A DNA stretch of 58,133 nt, counting the filler, from Bipalium vagum (Eukaryota): the NCBI GenBank assembly GCA_037834085.1. It is 3 parts of 3 records of this genome, joined end to end, with 100 filler letters (N's around TTAATTAATTAA, not from the genome) between each part and the next. Parts side by side here need not be neighbours in the genome. Positions count along the whole stretch, not along the records: positions 1 to 20,318 come from JBBMKC010255332.1; positions 20,419 to 36,691 come from JBBMKC010119197.1; 1 more part is not named here. One strand, 5' to 3'. The position numbers and the translations under genes were made by a program. Numbering within the stretch: the first letter of the stretch is position 1; each line of letters starts with the position of its first letter. This document shows, piece after piece, positions 12,534 through 25,500 of this stretch. The notes below the pieces were generated by a model. The model was not told the DNA's origin. It searched no databases and saw nothing but the letters and a program-made list of their open reading frames with translations.

Positions 12534-13680
12534 TCAAAATGTTTAATCCGTTATTTCAAAATGTTTAATCCTCATTTCAAAATGTATAAAAAAATTCGTA
12601 TACAATTACAACTTGTAGTATAAAAAACAAACTCATGAGAAAAATTATTATAGGTAAACATTTGAAAACATAGATATTTATATTAAAATTCTTACCTGGC
12701 TACTGCTTTTGCCAAATATTCTTGCGTATGAGAATTAAAGACATCAAAATTCTCCGGTAAAATTTCTCCAAACTTTTATGAATACAATGGAGTAGTTCAT
12801 CTGGCCTTCTACAATTTTCATTTTTTATATTTCGCTTCCACATAGAAAATACCTCCTCAATGGGATTGAACTGAGGCGTGTATGGAGGAAGAAACATAAT
12901 ACAATGACCATTTTTCTTGTATTAGTTTGTGTTTGTGTATAGAACAATTGTCAAGTATTACAATTTTCTTTTCCATTTTAAAATCTCGCATTTTAATAAT
13001 CAATTCGTTAATAAATTCTAAGAAAAGTTCTGTGTTATATGCTTTTTCAACAATTCTATAGCGTATCATACCATTTCTTGAAATACACGCACAAATGGAA
13101 ATATTTTGTGATCTTATAGTAGTATTAACCTTTTTTGGGTTGTTCCTTTAAGGCTTCTTCCATAACGCTGCCTCATCGAGCAATTTACTCTCATTTCATC
13201 AACATAAAGTATGTTATCAAAATTATTTGTCATAATTTCTCTGGCAGTCATATCTTTTATTAATATTTTTTTCAATATTTCTCCCCTGCGGTATAAAGCT
13301 TACCTTTTTAAGACTATATTTAAAGTCAGAAATTGTATGTTGAATAGAGGCTAAGAATATTTCTGTAATTCCTTATGAATGTAATTTTTCTTTTATTTTT
13401 TTCAGTGTGATACTACAATCTTTGTCCATAAGATTTTTTATGAAAAATACAATTTGATCTATTTTAAAATGTGTTTATAAATTATTACATTATTACAGAT
13501 AGCGTTTAAAATGTATATTATTTACAAAACAATATAATTTGCATCATTTAAGTTAAACTAATAAAAATTATAAAACAACAAAAACTGTAAAATCTAACTT
13601 ATGATATGTGGAGCATCCCACAATAAAAATTTATTTTTGCAATCATTATATTGTGTGCATTTTGAAATAAAAACATTTAA
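12534..13680 (-). mobile_element. Decayed IS630/Tc1-like (DDE_3) transposon
   Basis: Minus-strand ILYVDE, NISICACISRNGMIRY, VILDNCSIHK, FLPPYTPQFNPIEEVFSMWK. The motif TTATTTCAAAATG occurs at 12551 (within a 3x ~22-bp repeat) and inverted near 13658-13670, possibly subterminal repeats. Confidence 0.82.
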
Positions 13681-15324
13681 GCATTGTGATTTTTTGATTT
13701 TATGTAAAAGATTATAACTGTCGATTCAATCCTTACCTTTATTCAAATAATTACTATTATGATTATTAGAAATTATATATAAAATATATATATATATATA
13801 ATATTAAAACTAAAAGTCTAGGTTTACTAAATATAGTAGAATATGTAAAATAATATTAATAAATTCTATAGTAGAAAATAAAATACTTTAGTACTTACTA
13901 AAAATAGATGTTTGAAAAAAATAATTATATTAAAGTCAAACGAGGTCAGTACACAGACAAAACAACAAAATGATAAATAATTTATTTTAAACAAGCCAGC
14001 AATCAGAAGAGATCATCCAACGATCACGCAAGACAGGTCCCTTTGAGTGTTTATTTTTAATTAGATAGATTCTCCTGCTAAACGTACACGTTTAGGAAAT
14101 ATCAATAATTTTATTATTTATTGTTAATCTGATCTAAATCGTAAATATTATTTATTTGAGTAATGATCTCTAATATACCTTGTCGATTTATGAGATCTTA
14201 AGTAAATAAAGTAGTTTTGTAAAATAAAAAAATTGCTGATTGTCATTCCTTATAGCGAAGACGATTGTTTATAAAATATAGTGATCTAATCATTGGTCCT
14301 TTCAGATTTTGATTTATCTAATTGAATTCTTTGGGTTAACCTCTGTTTAAAAAACCCTTTAAATAAGAAAGCCAGCAATAATATTAGACACAAAGTAGTT
14401 TTTAAACGTCCAATAAACATGCTATTATATTATTAAAACTCAAATGGATGAATTGGTTGTTTAATTTCTTAGTTAAATCCCGTCATTATATAAACAGATA
14501 TATAGAAAAAAAATTTGTAACTGGTTGAAGTTTTTGGAATTTTTAATTCAGACAACAACAGAATTGAAATTTTTATGATTCAGAACATTATGAACATTGT
14601 GATTTTAGTTATTTTTAAGATTTTTAAAATTTTTTATTATTTTTTTGTAAAATTTTATAAAATATAAAATAATAATTTAAATAAAATAATTTTTTACTTA
14701 AAAATTAAACAAATAAATTACCTTGAGACATATTTTTGCATATTTGAAAACATAAATATTAAACATCGAAATTGGATAAACAATAAATTGCCATTGTAGT
14801 CCTGACCTTTGCACGGAATAAGAAAAATATAATAAACAAACTTTAAAAATACCAATTTAATTACCATTGCTGTCATGAACATTAACTGAAAAATATAATA
14901 AAAATACTGATGTAATTTATATTGTTTAGTCACAAACGTTAACTAGAAAAATATACCATTCATTGTAATAATATATAAAATAAACTGTAATATAATTTGA
15001 ACGGTTCAAATAAATTATTTTTAAAAATGACGTCATGTCAAATAAACTAAAATTTATAAAAATATTTGCAATAAAATCAATGACGTTTTAAACATCAAAA
15101 GTAAAAAGTTTAGGTTTAACGTTTATTGGAAATATGTATTATTAAAAAATCAGTATAAATACGCTATCAAAAATCACAATTTCGCTTTAAAAATCACTAA
15201 TTTATTATAACTAACTATCTAAATTTAAAAAAATTAACTACTGTATTACAACTCCAAATCAGACGTAAGTGAATTATTAGATTTTTACTACTTTAGTTTT
15301 AATTAATTTTATTACTCAGAACAT

Positions 15325-15465
15325 GAATATAATTTCTCGTTTTTGGTTTTGTTCAAATAATTTTTCCCAGTTTCTTTTGTTTTTATTTTCTAGCAATTAT
15401 GGCCTAGTGAGTTAGTCATTCGACTCGTTATTTTACTTCAGGGCATCTACACACTTCCAATTGAC
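15325..15465. repeat. Dispersed repeat, second copy at about 20747-20890
   Basis: Both copies share gaatataatttc.cgttt...ctagcaatta...attttactt.agggc.tct.cac in the same orientation. Confidence 0.7.
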
Positions 15466-16669
15466 TATTCAACTCTTCTTTTATTTATAAAATTGTCATT
15501 TAGATCCATTTGTAAAATATAAATGTAATTCAAACGTTAAATTTTCATTTTATTGTTACTTTGTGACATAAAAATTTAAATTGTAATAAGAAAAATACAT
15601 TGCAAAAAGAGTTGTTTTCATTATTAATAGGTAAAAATCTACTTTGAGTAGTACCTTCACATTCATCGGAGTCAGAATTATTAAACAAACAATCATACTC
15701 AAAAAACCTAAATTCATGAGTTTCGAAAATTATGTTTTCATTTTCTGATTGATTTGTGGATCATTAGCTCTTGTTGAACAAAGAACCAATTGAACTTATC
15801 GCAGAGCTGATCTATGATAATTTTTTTATTTAGCTTCGCTTTCAAAAATAGTTGATAGTACTCAAACATTTGTTAATATAGTCATTTTTAATAGTAGTTA
15901 TTTTCAATTTGAAGATTTAGAAATGGCGTTTATTTCATGTTTTTCTTGTTGAATATTGATTGTTTACATTTGGCTTATACTATAATGATGATATTTTTTT
16001 CTTGATATTCTATATTGGACATTAATGGCAATACCATATTCTTTTGAAATTACATTACAACCCTTGTGACTTTTGACCAGTATGGTTTTTGCAGGGGTTC
16101 AGTAAATATGAGCCTTTTGGTTTTGGTCAAAAAAAATTACTGCTTTTCTTCAACTAAAATTTAAATACATAAAAAAGATTGTTTCGATTTTGGTTTATCT
16201 AAAACATAATTTTTTGAAATTTTTTAAAATAAGAAAAAACCAAAATTTGAAAAATAATTTTCTGAATTTATTCCTAACAGGCTATTCGATTGACAGGCGA
16301 AAATTTTTTAAAATTGATTTCTTTGGCAATATCGATTTTGTGAGTTGGTATAAAGGATAGAGCTCACCATCATTTTACTTTTGCCTGATGTTCTTTTTGT
16401 TTGTCAATACGAAGGTCATAGAATTCTTTTACTAGCGATTTATTATCAATAATCACACAATCACAAGTAAAAAATAATTATGTCATACAAAATCAATTCT
16501 GAAACTAATTGAAAATATTATCCATTGTTATTTTGATATTTTCTATCTGTCGTCCAAAAAACAAAGATCAACGTTCATTCGTAAACTCTTCTGATAGCAT
16601 AAACTTTGTTAAGTGACCTAAAAGTTCATTTAAGTTTCTGTAAAATATCCTTTTAGGAACTTAACAAAA

Positions 16670-17420
16670 CGACCATCAATCTTGAAGAAGAGTTCACATT
16701 CCGATCCCAGAAATCAATTTTGAGTGCTGGGCTTTATTGAGAATGATTATCAATAGAATATCAAGGTAGTAGCTCTACGCGTGGACAGACATATAGTTAC
16801 GATCGGAAAGCCATTTCGAATCGTTTAAAATTCATTGGGATGATCAATTAACTGAGAATTCAAAAAACTACCACTCTTGTTGAATGCTATCATGATTAAA
16901 AACTGATACATTTCTTGATCGCTTGATAACTGGAGATGAAAAATGGGTTCTCTATGTCAACAACAAAAGAGATAAGAAATAGTTAAATCCTAACCAAGCA
17001 TACCATCTGGTGCATTATCTTAAAAAGATTAGCTATATTGTCTGTTTGGTAGCATATCAATGGCATTGTGCATTAGAAGACTGTATTAGAAAATAACATC
17101 AATATATTCTCAACAATTATAGAGGGTGTACCAAAATATCAGCTCTATTTTAAGAAAGAGAAAAGATGTGACACAACCGTTTCGGGCAACACACGGTTCA
17201 ATTGACTCCATAAAATATACAGATACTTAAATGGAGGGTCTTCCAAATCCATAAGAATATTACTTATTTCAATCTCTTCAGAATTATTTGAAAATGCATC
17301 AAAGAATCTATATCGGTCTTTTCAACTCAAGGAAACTTGAATTTTATCACAAAGGCATTGAAGCACTGTCACAGAGATGGTCACAGATTGTCCAGTCCTA
17401 TGGAGAATATATTATTGATT
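16670..17420 (+). mobile_element. Heavily decayed mariner transposase
   Basis: FLDRLITGDEKWVLYVN, YYLFQSLQNYL, GIEALSQRWSQIVQSYGEYIID. Confidence 0.85.
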
Positions 17421-17452
17421 CACATTCAAGAAAAATTTTCTGGATTGATAAA

Positions 17453-17670
17453 AGGTGGAATTAATAATGAACGACTTTATGAGTTGTGATAAAGCAACTT
17501 AACATAAACTGTTTTTAGATCAGGTTTAAATGTGTGTATTAACAGAGTACAAATTTGAGTGACAAATATAACAAAAATTCATTCCAAAATGATGATTAAA
17601 ACGTTACAAAAATAACATAATATTTAATTATATTTTTATATAAATCTGACAAATTATTATTAATGTTTGC
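17453..17670. repeat. Copy of the repeat at about 1855-2075 (TGT-terminal family flank)
   Basis: Shared blocks ttgtgat..agcaacttaacataaactg, tttgagtgacaa and tataaatctg are colinear over about 220 bp. Confidence 0.7.
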
Positions 17671-19513
17671 CATTAAATTTATTTAATTGGAACCCGAGAT
17701 TTCTTAAGAAAAGCCAGATAACACCTCGGTAACCTACTCTGAAGGGTCCTCAGTAAAAAATTCGGTTCTCCGTTCTACTTGACATGAAGACACAAAAAGA
17801 AAATAACAAGAGATAAGTAAAAAAAAAGAATTTATTTGATCCTAAAGTGTTGGAGTTGCTGGTTCAATCTTTAGTATTTATTTAAATTAATTAAATGACT
17901 CTTAACTTTTAATTCAGAATCGAATCATAGTTAAGAGTTTTTGGTTTATTTTGTTATTGGTTAACCTATTAAAGTGTGAACTCAAATTATTTAGTTGTTA
18001 ATTAAATAGTATGATTTGTGATCAAATTCCCTATATATTAAATATATATAACAAAATTTAACAATATTTTCGTCCTTCTGATTCGGAATTGTATCTGTAG
18101 TTTTTATGCTACTTTCTTTCTCAAATTTGTCCTCTTTTTGCTGGGATTTTGTGATCATTTTTATAGGTATTGTAATGCTGGCTTTTTGTTTTTCCTTGTT
18201 GGTCCAAGGCTGTTCAAAATTTTAAATTTGCTGGTATTAGTTAATTTGGTTGTTGAAAAATACTGGTTCTTCGAATTATTTTTCTTATCTTCAAAGTTGA
18301 AATCTTCTGGTATTGAGTTTTTGCAAATGCTACTACTATTTGTTTATTTCGTTTCTTGTCTCTTTTCCGTGTCGTAAATTTTGTGCTTTTAACTCTAATT
18401 ATTATCATTATTTATATTATATTTTATTTTATTTTTAAATTAGTAACTTTATATTAATATTTTTAAATTATATAAAATATTCTTATATGTTATATTTATA
18501 GTAAATATGATAACAGTTTTTAATTTACCTATTTATTTATAAACATTATGCTAATAATAATAATTTTTTCCCACTAAAATTGTATTATTATTCATCCAAA
18601 TAACAACTTTAATTAATTATTGTAATTTACATTGATTTTATATATTTTTGATTTTTATAAATTTACAAAATAACAAAAGTTATAAGGAACATAATTTTTG
18701 TACTTTAGTTTATAAGATTTTATATAATATTATATTTTATATGATTTTATTTTATTCTTATTTTATATAATAAGATATGAAAGAAAAATAAATTAATTAT
18801 TAATTTTCTGGGTTCTAACTTTTACATGAAACACAAAAATAAAAGCTATATTTTTTATGCAAAAATAAAATAAAAACAGAATTATATACAAAAAATGTGA
18901 TCATCATTAATGTTTCGAATAAATATTAATATTTGAAGTTCGAACTGGATTGAATTGGAACTGGAACCTGTGAGTTTCCACAAAATTACCAAAATACGAA
19001 ATTACTTATTCCTTGACCTAATATAATAATATTTATCCAAAAAATGAAACAAAACCGTTGTAATGAATACTAAATTAATAATTTAAAATTATTTGTACTG
19101 CTCTATTTTTATGGGATAACATTGGCATAAAAAAGATACTTTGAGATCAAAATAATAAGTTAATTATAAAATTGTATTTTGACATTATGTTTCTTGTTTC
19201 ATTACTTGGGACTAAGTTTTGTTTAGTTTATTATTTAATCTAAAATTGAATCCTGTGGAATTTATTATTGTATTTTTAATGTTTTTAACAGGTAGTTTTT
19301 TTTAATTTATTTTTCAAATTATATTTGATCATATACATAAATGTCATGAAGTGTCAAATGTCAGAAATCCAAAGTTTGACATTTCATATTTAAATAATTT
19401 AACTCAAAAATTATTTTTTTGTTTTACTGCAATAGGTAATTACTTTTTATAGCTCATATTTAAATATCTGATTATATTATAAATTGGCATTCTTAGAGCA
19501 ACTCTTCTAAAAA

Positions 19514-20170
19514 ATGGATATTTCAAAAAATCGTGTCATTTTTGAATACGAGTTTCGTATTAATCTTTAAATTAATCGATGGGTACCTCTCGAATTCCTT
19601 ACAAGGCAAACTATTTCTTCAACACATCTTCATCACCAAATGGATTATATTCGATAATCGCATTCGAACATGTAAGTGGTTGGATAAAGATGAAGAGCCG
19701 AGACCCTGTCCAACCTCACCTAAAGAAAATCATGATATCCGTCTTGTGACCAATCCTACTATTATCCATAAGACATAGTGAAAACCAGGAAAATCTATTA
19801 CAGCAGAAACATACTGTACCAAATTAAGGAATATGATGAAGTTGCTCACTATTAAACAGCTGAGATTGGTCAATCGGACAAACAAATTTTCTGGCAAGAC
19901 AACGCTCGACCACATGTTGTCAAGGCAACGCTGCTCCAACTGCGGGAGTTGAACCTGGAAACTCTGCCACCCACCGTATAAACCTAACCTTGCACCAACT
20001 GACTATCATTTCTTAGTTGGAAAAATATTCAATACAGAAGTGGCTACGAAAAATGCCTTTCGTGATTTCATCTCTACACTATCAAGAAATTTCTTTGCTG
20101 TTGGAATAAACAAGTTGCCATTAAGATGGTAGAACTATGGTAATGTATTGGTGATTATTCTGAATAATTT
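19514..20170 (+). mobile_element. Internally deleted, decayed mariner
   Basis: MDISKNRVIFEYEFR start, KWIIFDNR, KPGKSITAETYC, QDNARPHV, PPYKPNLAPTDYHF, GINKLPLRW. Confidence 0.88.
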
Positions 20171-20318
20171 TATCGTTTTTTATATTAATATTGTAAATCA
20201 AAATATTGATTAAAAATCCGACATTTCATACTTAATTAAGATATATACACTAGTAAACATTCGTTTAAGCGCACTTAAAGAAATGCATGTAATTCATTAA
20301 TTTTGGTACTAATAATTA

Positions 20319-20418
20319 NNNNNNNNNNNNNNNNNNNNNNNNNNNNNNNNNNNNNNNNNNNNTTAATTAATTAANNNNNNNNNNNNNNNNNNNNNNNNNN
20401 NNNNNNNNNNNNNNNNNN
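20319..20418. other. Artificial 100-bp join spacer: N44-TTAATTAATTAA-N44
   Basis: Exactly 44 N on each side of a six-frame-stop 12-mer; identical to 36692-36791. Confidence 0.95.
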
Positions 20419-21095
20419 TTTGATTTACTCTTTGCCATTATATTTGTGTCGTATTTAGAATTGATAGTGTAAGGGTTGTGGAACATTTCAGACATAATTG
20501 TGATCCCAGACTTGTGCATTATCTTTTTGAATTTCATTGTACTGTATTTTATTTTGGTGTGGTATAAATACAAGTGTTGCTTTACTGATTGTTTTGATTT
20601 GCCCCACCTAAGATTTTGGAGTCAGGATAAATTTGATACCCTAAATATTGAAAGAGTTTATTATAACTCATTTTGCCAAACAAAAATTTATTAAAGTGTT
20701 AGTGAATTATTATATTCACTATAATTAAATAATTACACAAAACGAGAATATAATTTCCCGTTTCTGTTTTTATTAAATTACTTCTTATTTCTTCTTTTTG
20801 TGTTTTTTCCTAGCAATTACGATCTGGTGACATATTTATTAGATTCGATATTTTACTTAAGGGCGTCTGCACATTTCTTAGTGTAGATTGATATCTGCTT
20901 TAAATAAATATACATTGTCATTTTGATTTTAGAAAAACCTGTAATAATTTGTAAAAAGTGTATTAAAAATAAACGTTTTAAAAAGAGAATTGTTGTTATT
21001 TGATTTAATTGTGAGTCAGATCAAAATAAAGTAAATCAAAATAAATTACAAACACCTTCACACTCTCAAAACTTAACACTTAAAGACTAGAGTTT

Positions 21096-21290
21096 TCACA
21101 ATGCTTTTTGAAGCCTATCCTCGAATCCACTGACTTCTTTTTCCGCTTTTTCATATCGATGAGATCTCTGTCCAATAATATTTATTATGATTTCCCTTGT
21201 CTTTTTGTCCATTTTAGAAGCGTCAAAAAATCTCACACAGTTTGCAATAAATTCTTCCAGGTTGTCATTTTTCATAAATGTCTCCGGCAT
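21096..21290 (-). mobile_element. Possible retroelement gag N-terminal fragment
   Basis: MPETFMKNDNLEEFIANCVRFFDA resembles the P.tF...D.eeF...erFF start of Ty3/gypsy-type gag proteins and lies next to a dispersed repeat. No pol motifs nearby. Confidence 0.35.
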
Positions 21291-21557
21291 TAATCTGCTT
21301 AATAAAAAATTTAAAACGCATGTTTGTATTTAAATGTTTACTTTTATTATATTTTGAAATATTTTTGTGACAAACTTCACAAAAATATGTTTTATCTATT
21401 TTATAAACATAAAATAATAGATTGATGGGTTATGTGTTACAATTAAAATTAATAAAATAAAAAAATTTAAAAATTAAAAAATAAAAAAAATTTTACATAT
21501 TGCAAAATTAATGAAAAAATTAAAATTTGAAAAAACTAAAAGTTTTTTGCTAATTTT

Positions 21558-21904
21558 GGTTGCTAATTGCGACCAACATTTCAAATTCCATATTCAGTAT
21601 TCGATTTTGTGATATTGCAGTAATTTGTATTTCAACATTCCGTATTCATGACACAGGAAAATAATCAAAACCAATTTGGGATTATTCGATATTTGATGTC
21701 TAGTATTGATAAAATTCATGAAACCAAACTGGGCTTATTTTATATTCGTTATTCATAAAATTGAAAAATTTAAATACCAAATTGGGTTTATTCGATGTAC
21801 CGTATTCGAAATTTTTAAAATCGATTGCAAAGTTGTGAGGCTTAGAAATTGAAAAATCAAAACCAAATTTGTGGGCTTGGGTGTTGGTCACAATTTGCAC
21901 TACC
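21558..21904. mobile_element. ~350-bp MITE-like element with GG-initial TIRs and internal subrepeats
   Basis: Left end GGTTGCTAATTGCGACCAACA versus reverse complement of right end GGTAGTGCAAATTGTGACCAACA; four AAACCAAATTGGG.TTATT-like subrepeats. No TSD evident. Confidence 0.65.
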
Positions 21905-22520
21905 TTCACAGGTTTTTAAAACTAGTCAGATAAAAGATTAACAAGTTTCATCAGCCCACGTCCACCAAAACATAACAGGTTCATGAATCTTGTCTTATAA
22001 TAGTATTTTGTTTGGTTCACAAATTTCATAATATTCATTCTTTTTTTAATCTATATAATTTAGTTGATATATGCTGATTCTGATTTTCACTTAAAAACTT
22101 AGAAAGTTAAAACAGTGGATTTAAGAAGAATAGGCCACTTCAATTTTTTGAATGCATAGGTTTAACGAGAGTGAATTATTAGTGAGAGACTGATGTCATG
22201 AAAACCTTTGGGTAGCTAGACTTATACTTTTCGAAATATGTAAATTAAAATTTATGAAAAAAAACATATTTTTTATAAAAGAAAATATCTTGAAAAATAT
22301 TAATAATTTGCTCTGAAATGAAAATTCTTTTCAACATTAATGGTAAAATATCAAACTTTAAATATTTGTGAAATATTAAAATTTTTATGAAAAAAATATA
22401 CTTATTTTAATTTTACAAATGAATATTAATTATCATAAAAATTATAAATATATTTGATAAGTGTTTTAATATACCCATTATTTGTATGTATTTTTAATTT
22501 ATGATGCTAGTTTTTTTAAA

Positions 22521-25500
22521 ATGAATCATCCTAATATTGAATATATACGACAGTTTGTAAATAATAGTAATCCAAAGGATGAATATAAATTAATATCTGA
22601 AATTGGAAGTGGAACCTATGGAGATGTTTATAAAGTAATATCAGAAATTATAATTAATTTAAATTAATTAATCATCTAACAGGCGTTACAGCTGAAATCT
22701 CATAAGTATGTCGCTATTAAAATAATGAAAATAGATCTCAAGGACGATGTAACAGCCATATGTCAAGAAATACACACATTAAGGGAATGTAAACATCAAA
22801 ATATTGTTCAATTTTATGGTAGCTATCTACAGTTAGTTTATTCTAATGTAAAATTTAAAATTGTTCAATTTTTTCATAAACACTGTCATTCACAATTTCT
22901 GGAAATTTATTAATTAATAAATATTTAAAATATGTAACAAGTGTTTTATTTTAATTTCCTGTCCAAGATCTAATATTATATTCCCATCTACATAAAATTA
23001 GCACTTTAGATTAATCAAATAATTAATATTTAAATCTCTAAAAATGTTTTTTCTCATTTTTATATTACATTCAATTGACTGATCAATGCTTTTTTTTAAT
23101 TTGATGTTTCACTGATTACATATTATTAATCATTCAACATTCATCTTTTTTCAACTTTCCATATTAAATAATCTTGGTATATTTTAGGATATTTATAATA
23201 TCAAGAACATCTTATTTTTATAATTTATAAATCTTTTCTTATTGAGATAAATGAAATGTTCTGAAACTACTATTTATGTCGTTTTTTTGTACTATTTTCA
23301 GGGAAATTTTAAAAATTGAGCAATTATGTACAATTTTTAACATTTTCATTTTTAAATAAATTAATTTTTATTACAAAATTTCAATTGAACTTTATCTCTG
23401 ACGTGGCAGTTCTAAGGTCACTACACTTTTCTGGTTAACAATGACAACAAACTCATGTTTAGCCAACTATTTTTATAAATCTTTATTTGCACTTATTAAC
23501 ATTATTGATCAATTTAATTTTAATTTAGTTCCAGCTTACTATAATAAACATGGTATTCTTATTGTTCACTCTAAATTCAATCGATGGAGTTTTTGTTTGA
23601 TATACAACCGGTGATATTAAACCAGTTTATTGTGTTGACTTAATATCACGAAGAACCACATTATTTTTTATTTCTGAAATTTATTATTGGAATAGAAATT
23701 AGTAAATTATTTTTGAACTAATTTCATATAAATTAAATGCGGTGTAACACTAGATCAATGTCAGAAATTCTAATTTAATTATCAATTTGGAACTAAGGAG
23801 AAATATTAAAATAAAATGATGGTGGTAGTTTATCACATTCCTTTTAATCACAAAATTATAATGAAATATTTATTCATTTGTTCATTATTTAATCATATTT
23901 TGATTTTATACAGTTATTGATTTTATTTATAAAAAATCATCCTTTTTATTGATTTTTTGATGCACTATTTCTCTTTTATAAGTAAATTTATTTACATATC
24001 ACGACTGATTAAAGAAAATTGTGATAATTAATAGTCATTTGTTGGTTTACGATATTATTTAAAATCTGTGTTTTGAATTTTTTTCTTGATACTTTCATTA
24101 TTTGAAATTTTTTCTCCATTTCTAAATTTACGAAGCAAATAAAACCGAAATCGTTTTAAAGAAAAATGAAATTTTAAAGTATTTATCACTGTTGAAGCGA
24201 TAATTGACTTTTGTGTTATTAACAACATTTGTATCTAGAGCGTCAAAACTGTGGATTTGTATGGAATTCTGTGGTGGCCAATCTATGCAAGACATATATT
24301 TAAGTAAGATCGAATAGAATTTTTTGCAATGAAAAATCCTACATTTTCAGATTTGAGAAGGGCTATTGATGAGGATTGTATAGCATTTATCACCAGAGAA
24401 ACATTGCAAGGTCTAGGTTACATGCACAAGAGGGGAAGAATTCACAGAGATATTAAAGTGAACTTGTTTTTGAATTGCGAATGTAACAGTTCTTATTAAG
24501 GGTGCCAATATTTTACTCACCGATTACGGAGAAGTCAAAATAGGTTAGAAATTTATTTAAATTTTGTGACATTGATATGACTACATTAAACTTTATATTA
24601 AAGATTAAATAAAAGGAAATATTATTTGATTTAGATTACTTTTTATTTGATTTTTTGTTGGGTATTTTCAGAAACTGGATTTATTAATGGATGTCTGTTG
24701 ATTTTAAATTCTCGAAATTGGTTTTAGATATGTGGAACAAAACTCAATAAATTGATCTCCTGTTTCCTCGAAAATAATATTGTTGAGAGGAAGATATTTT
24801 TGTTTTTTTGAAAAATCAGAATATTGATTCTTTTATCTGAAATTTTTTTTTCAAATTGAACTTTTTTCTCAAATCTAATTTCTTCTCACTTGAAAATTGA
24901 ATCGATTTTCTTTGAATAATTTTTATTGAGCGATAGTGCTCTTAAGAACTCTTCACAGTGTCAACGTCCAATAAACGAGTCCTTACAAGACGAAATTGAG
25001 GTCGATAATAACAACAATTTCTTTCTCAACATGTCATCAGTCGATATCAACATTTGAGTGCCGACATAATTTTTTCATGATTGATTCTAGAACTAACCGA
25101 CTCTGACATTGCAAGTCGATTTACAATTTTTCAGCCGATTATAAACCAATTTAATTGTGATATTCACGAAACCATTTTTTGATCGTTAAATTGATGCCAA
25201 ACGGTCGCGAAACCAGTTTAAGATTCAAGATTTATTGATTGAACCAATTTTTCATGATTGATCTGACGTAATTGTACACTAACTAATTGGACCTTGTCAT
25301 ATTGAAATTAATATCGATTTGATTTTTAGCCTTGACACTTATTTAGATAATTGTTCAATAAAAATTTTGAAATAATAAAATTTTAGATAAATCGACATTT
25401 AATTTCTTGATATTTATTTTTCTAAAGCACGTTTGAGAAATTTTGAAAATTGGAAAATATTTCAGAGGCTTTGTTGAAATGTGACCTTTTATTGATTTAA

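Noticed and set aside
18138-18377. Hydrophobic 79-aa ORF (also 33333-33560 and 6238-6441)
   Set aside because: F/L/I-rich products expected by chance from T-rich DNA; no motifs or splice context.
20363-20374. TTAATTAATTAA palindrome as a biological motif
   Set aside because: It is centred in exactly 100 bp of N and repeated identically at 36736-36747, so it is a synthetic linker.
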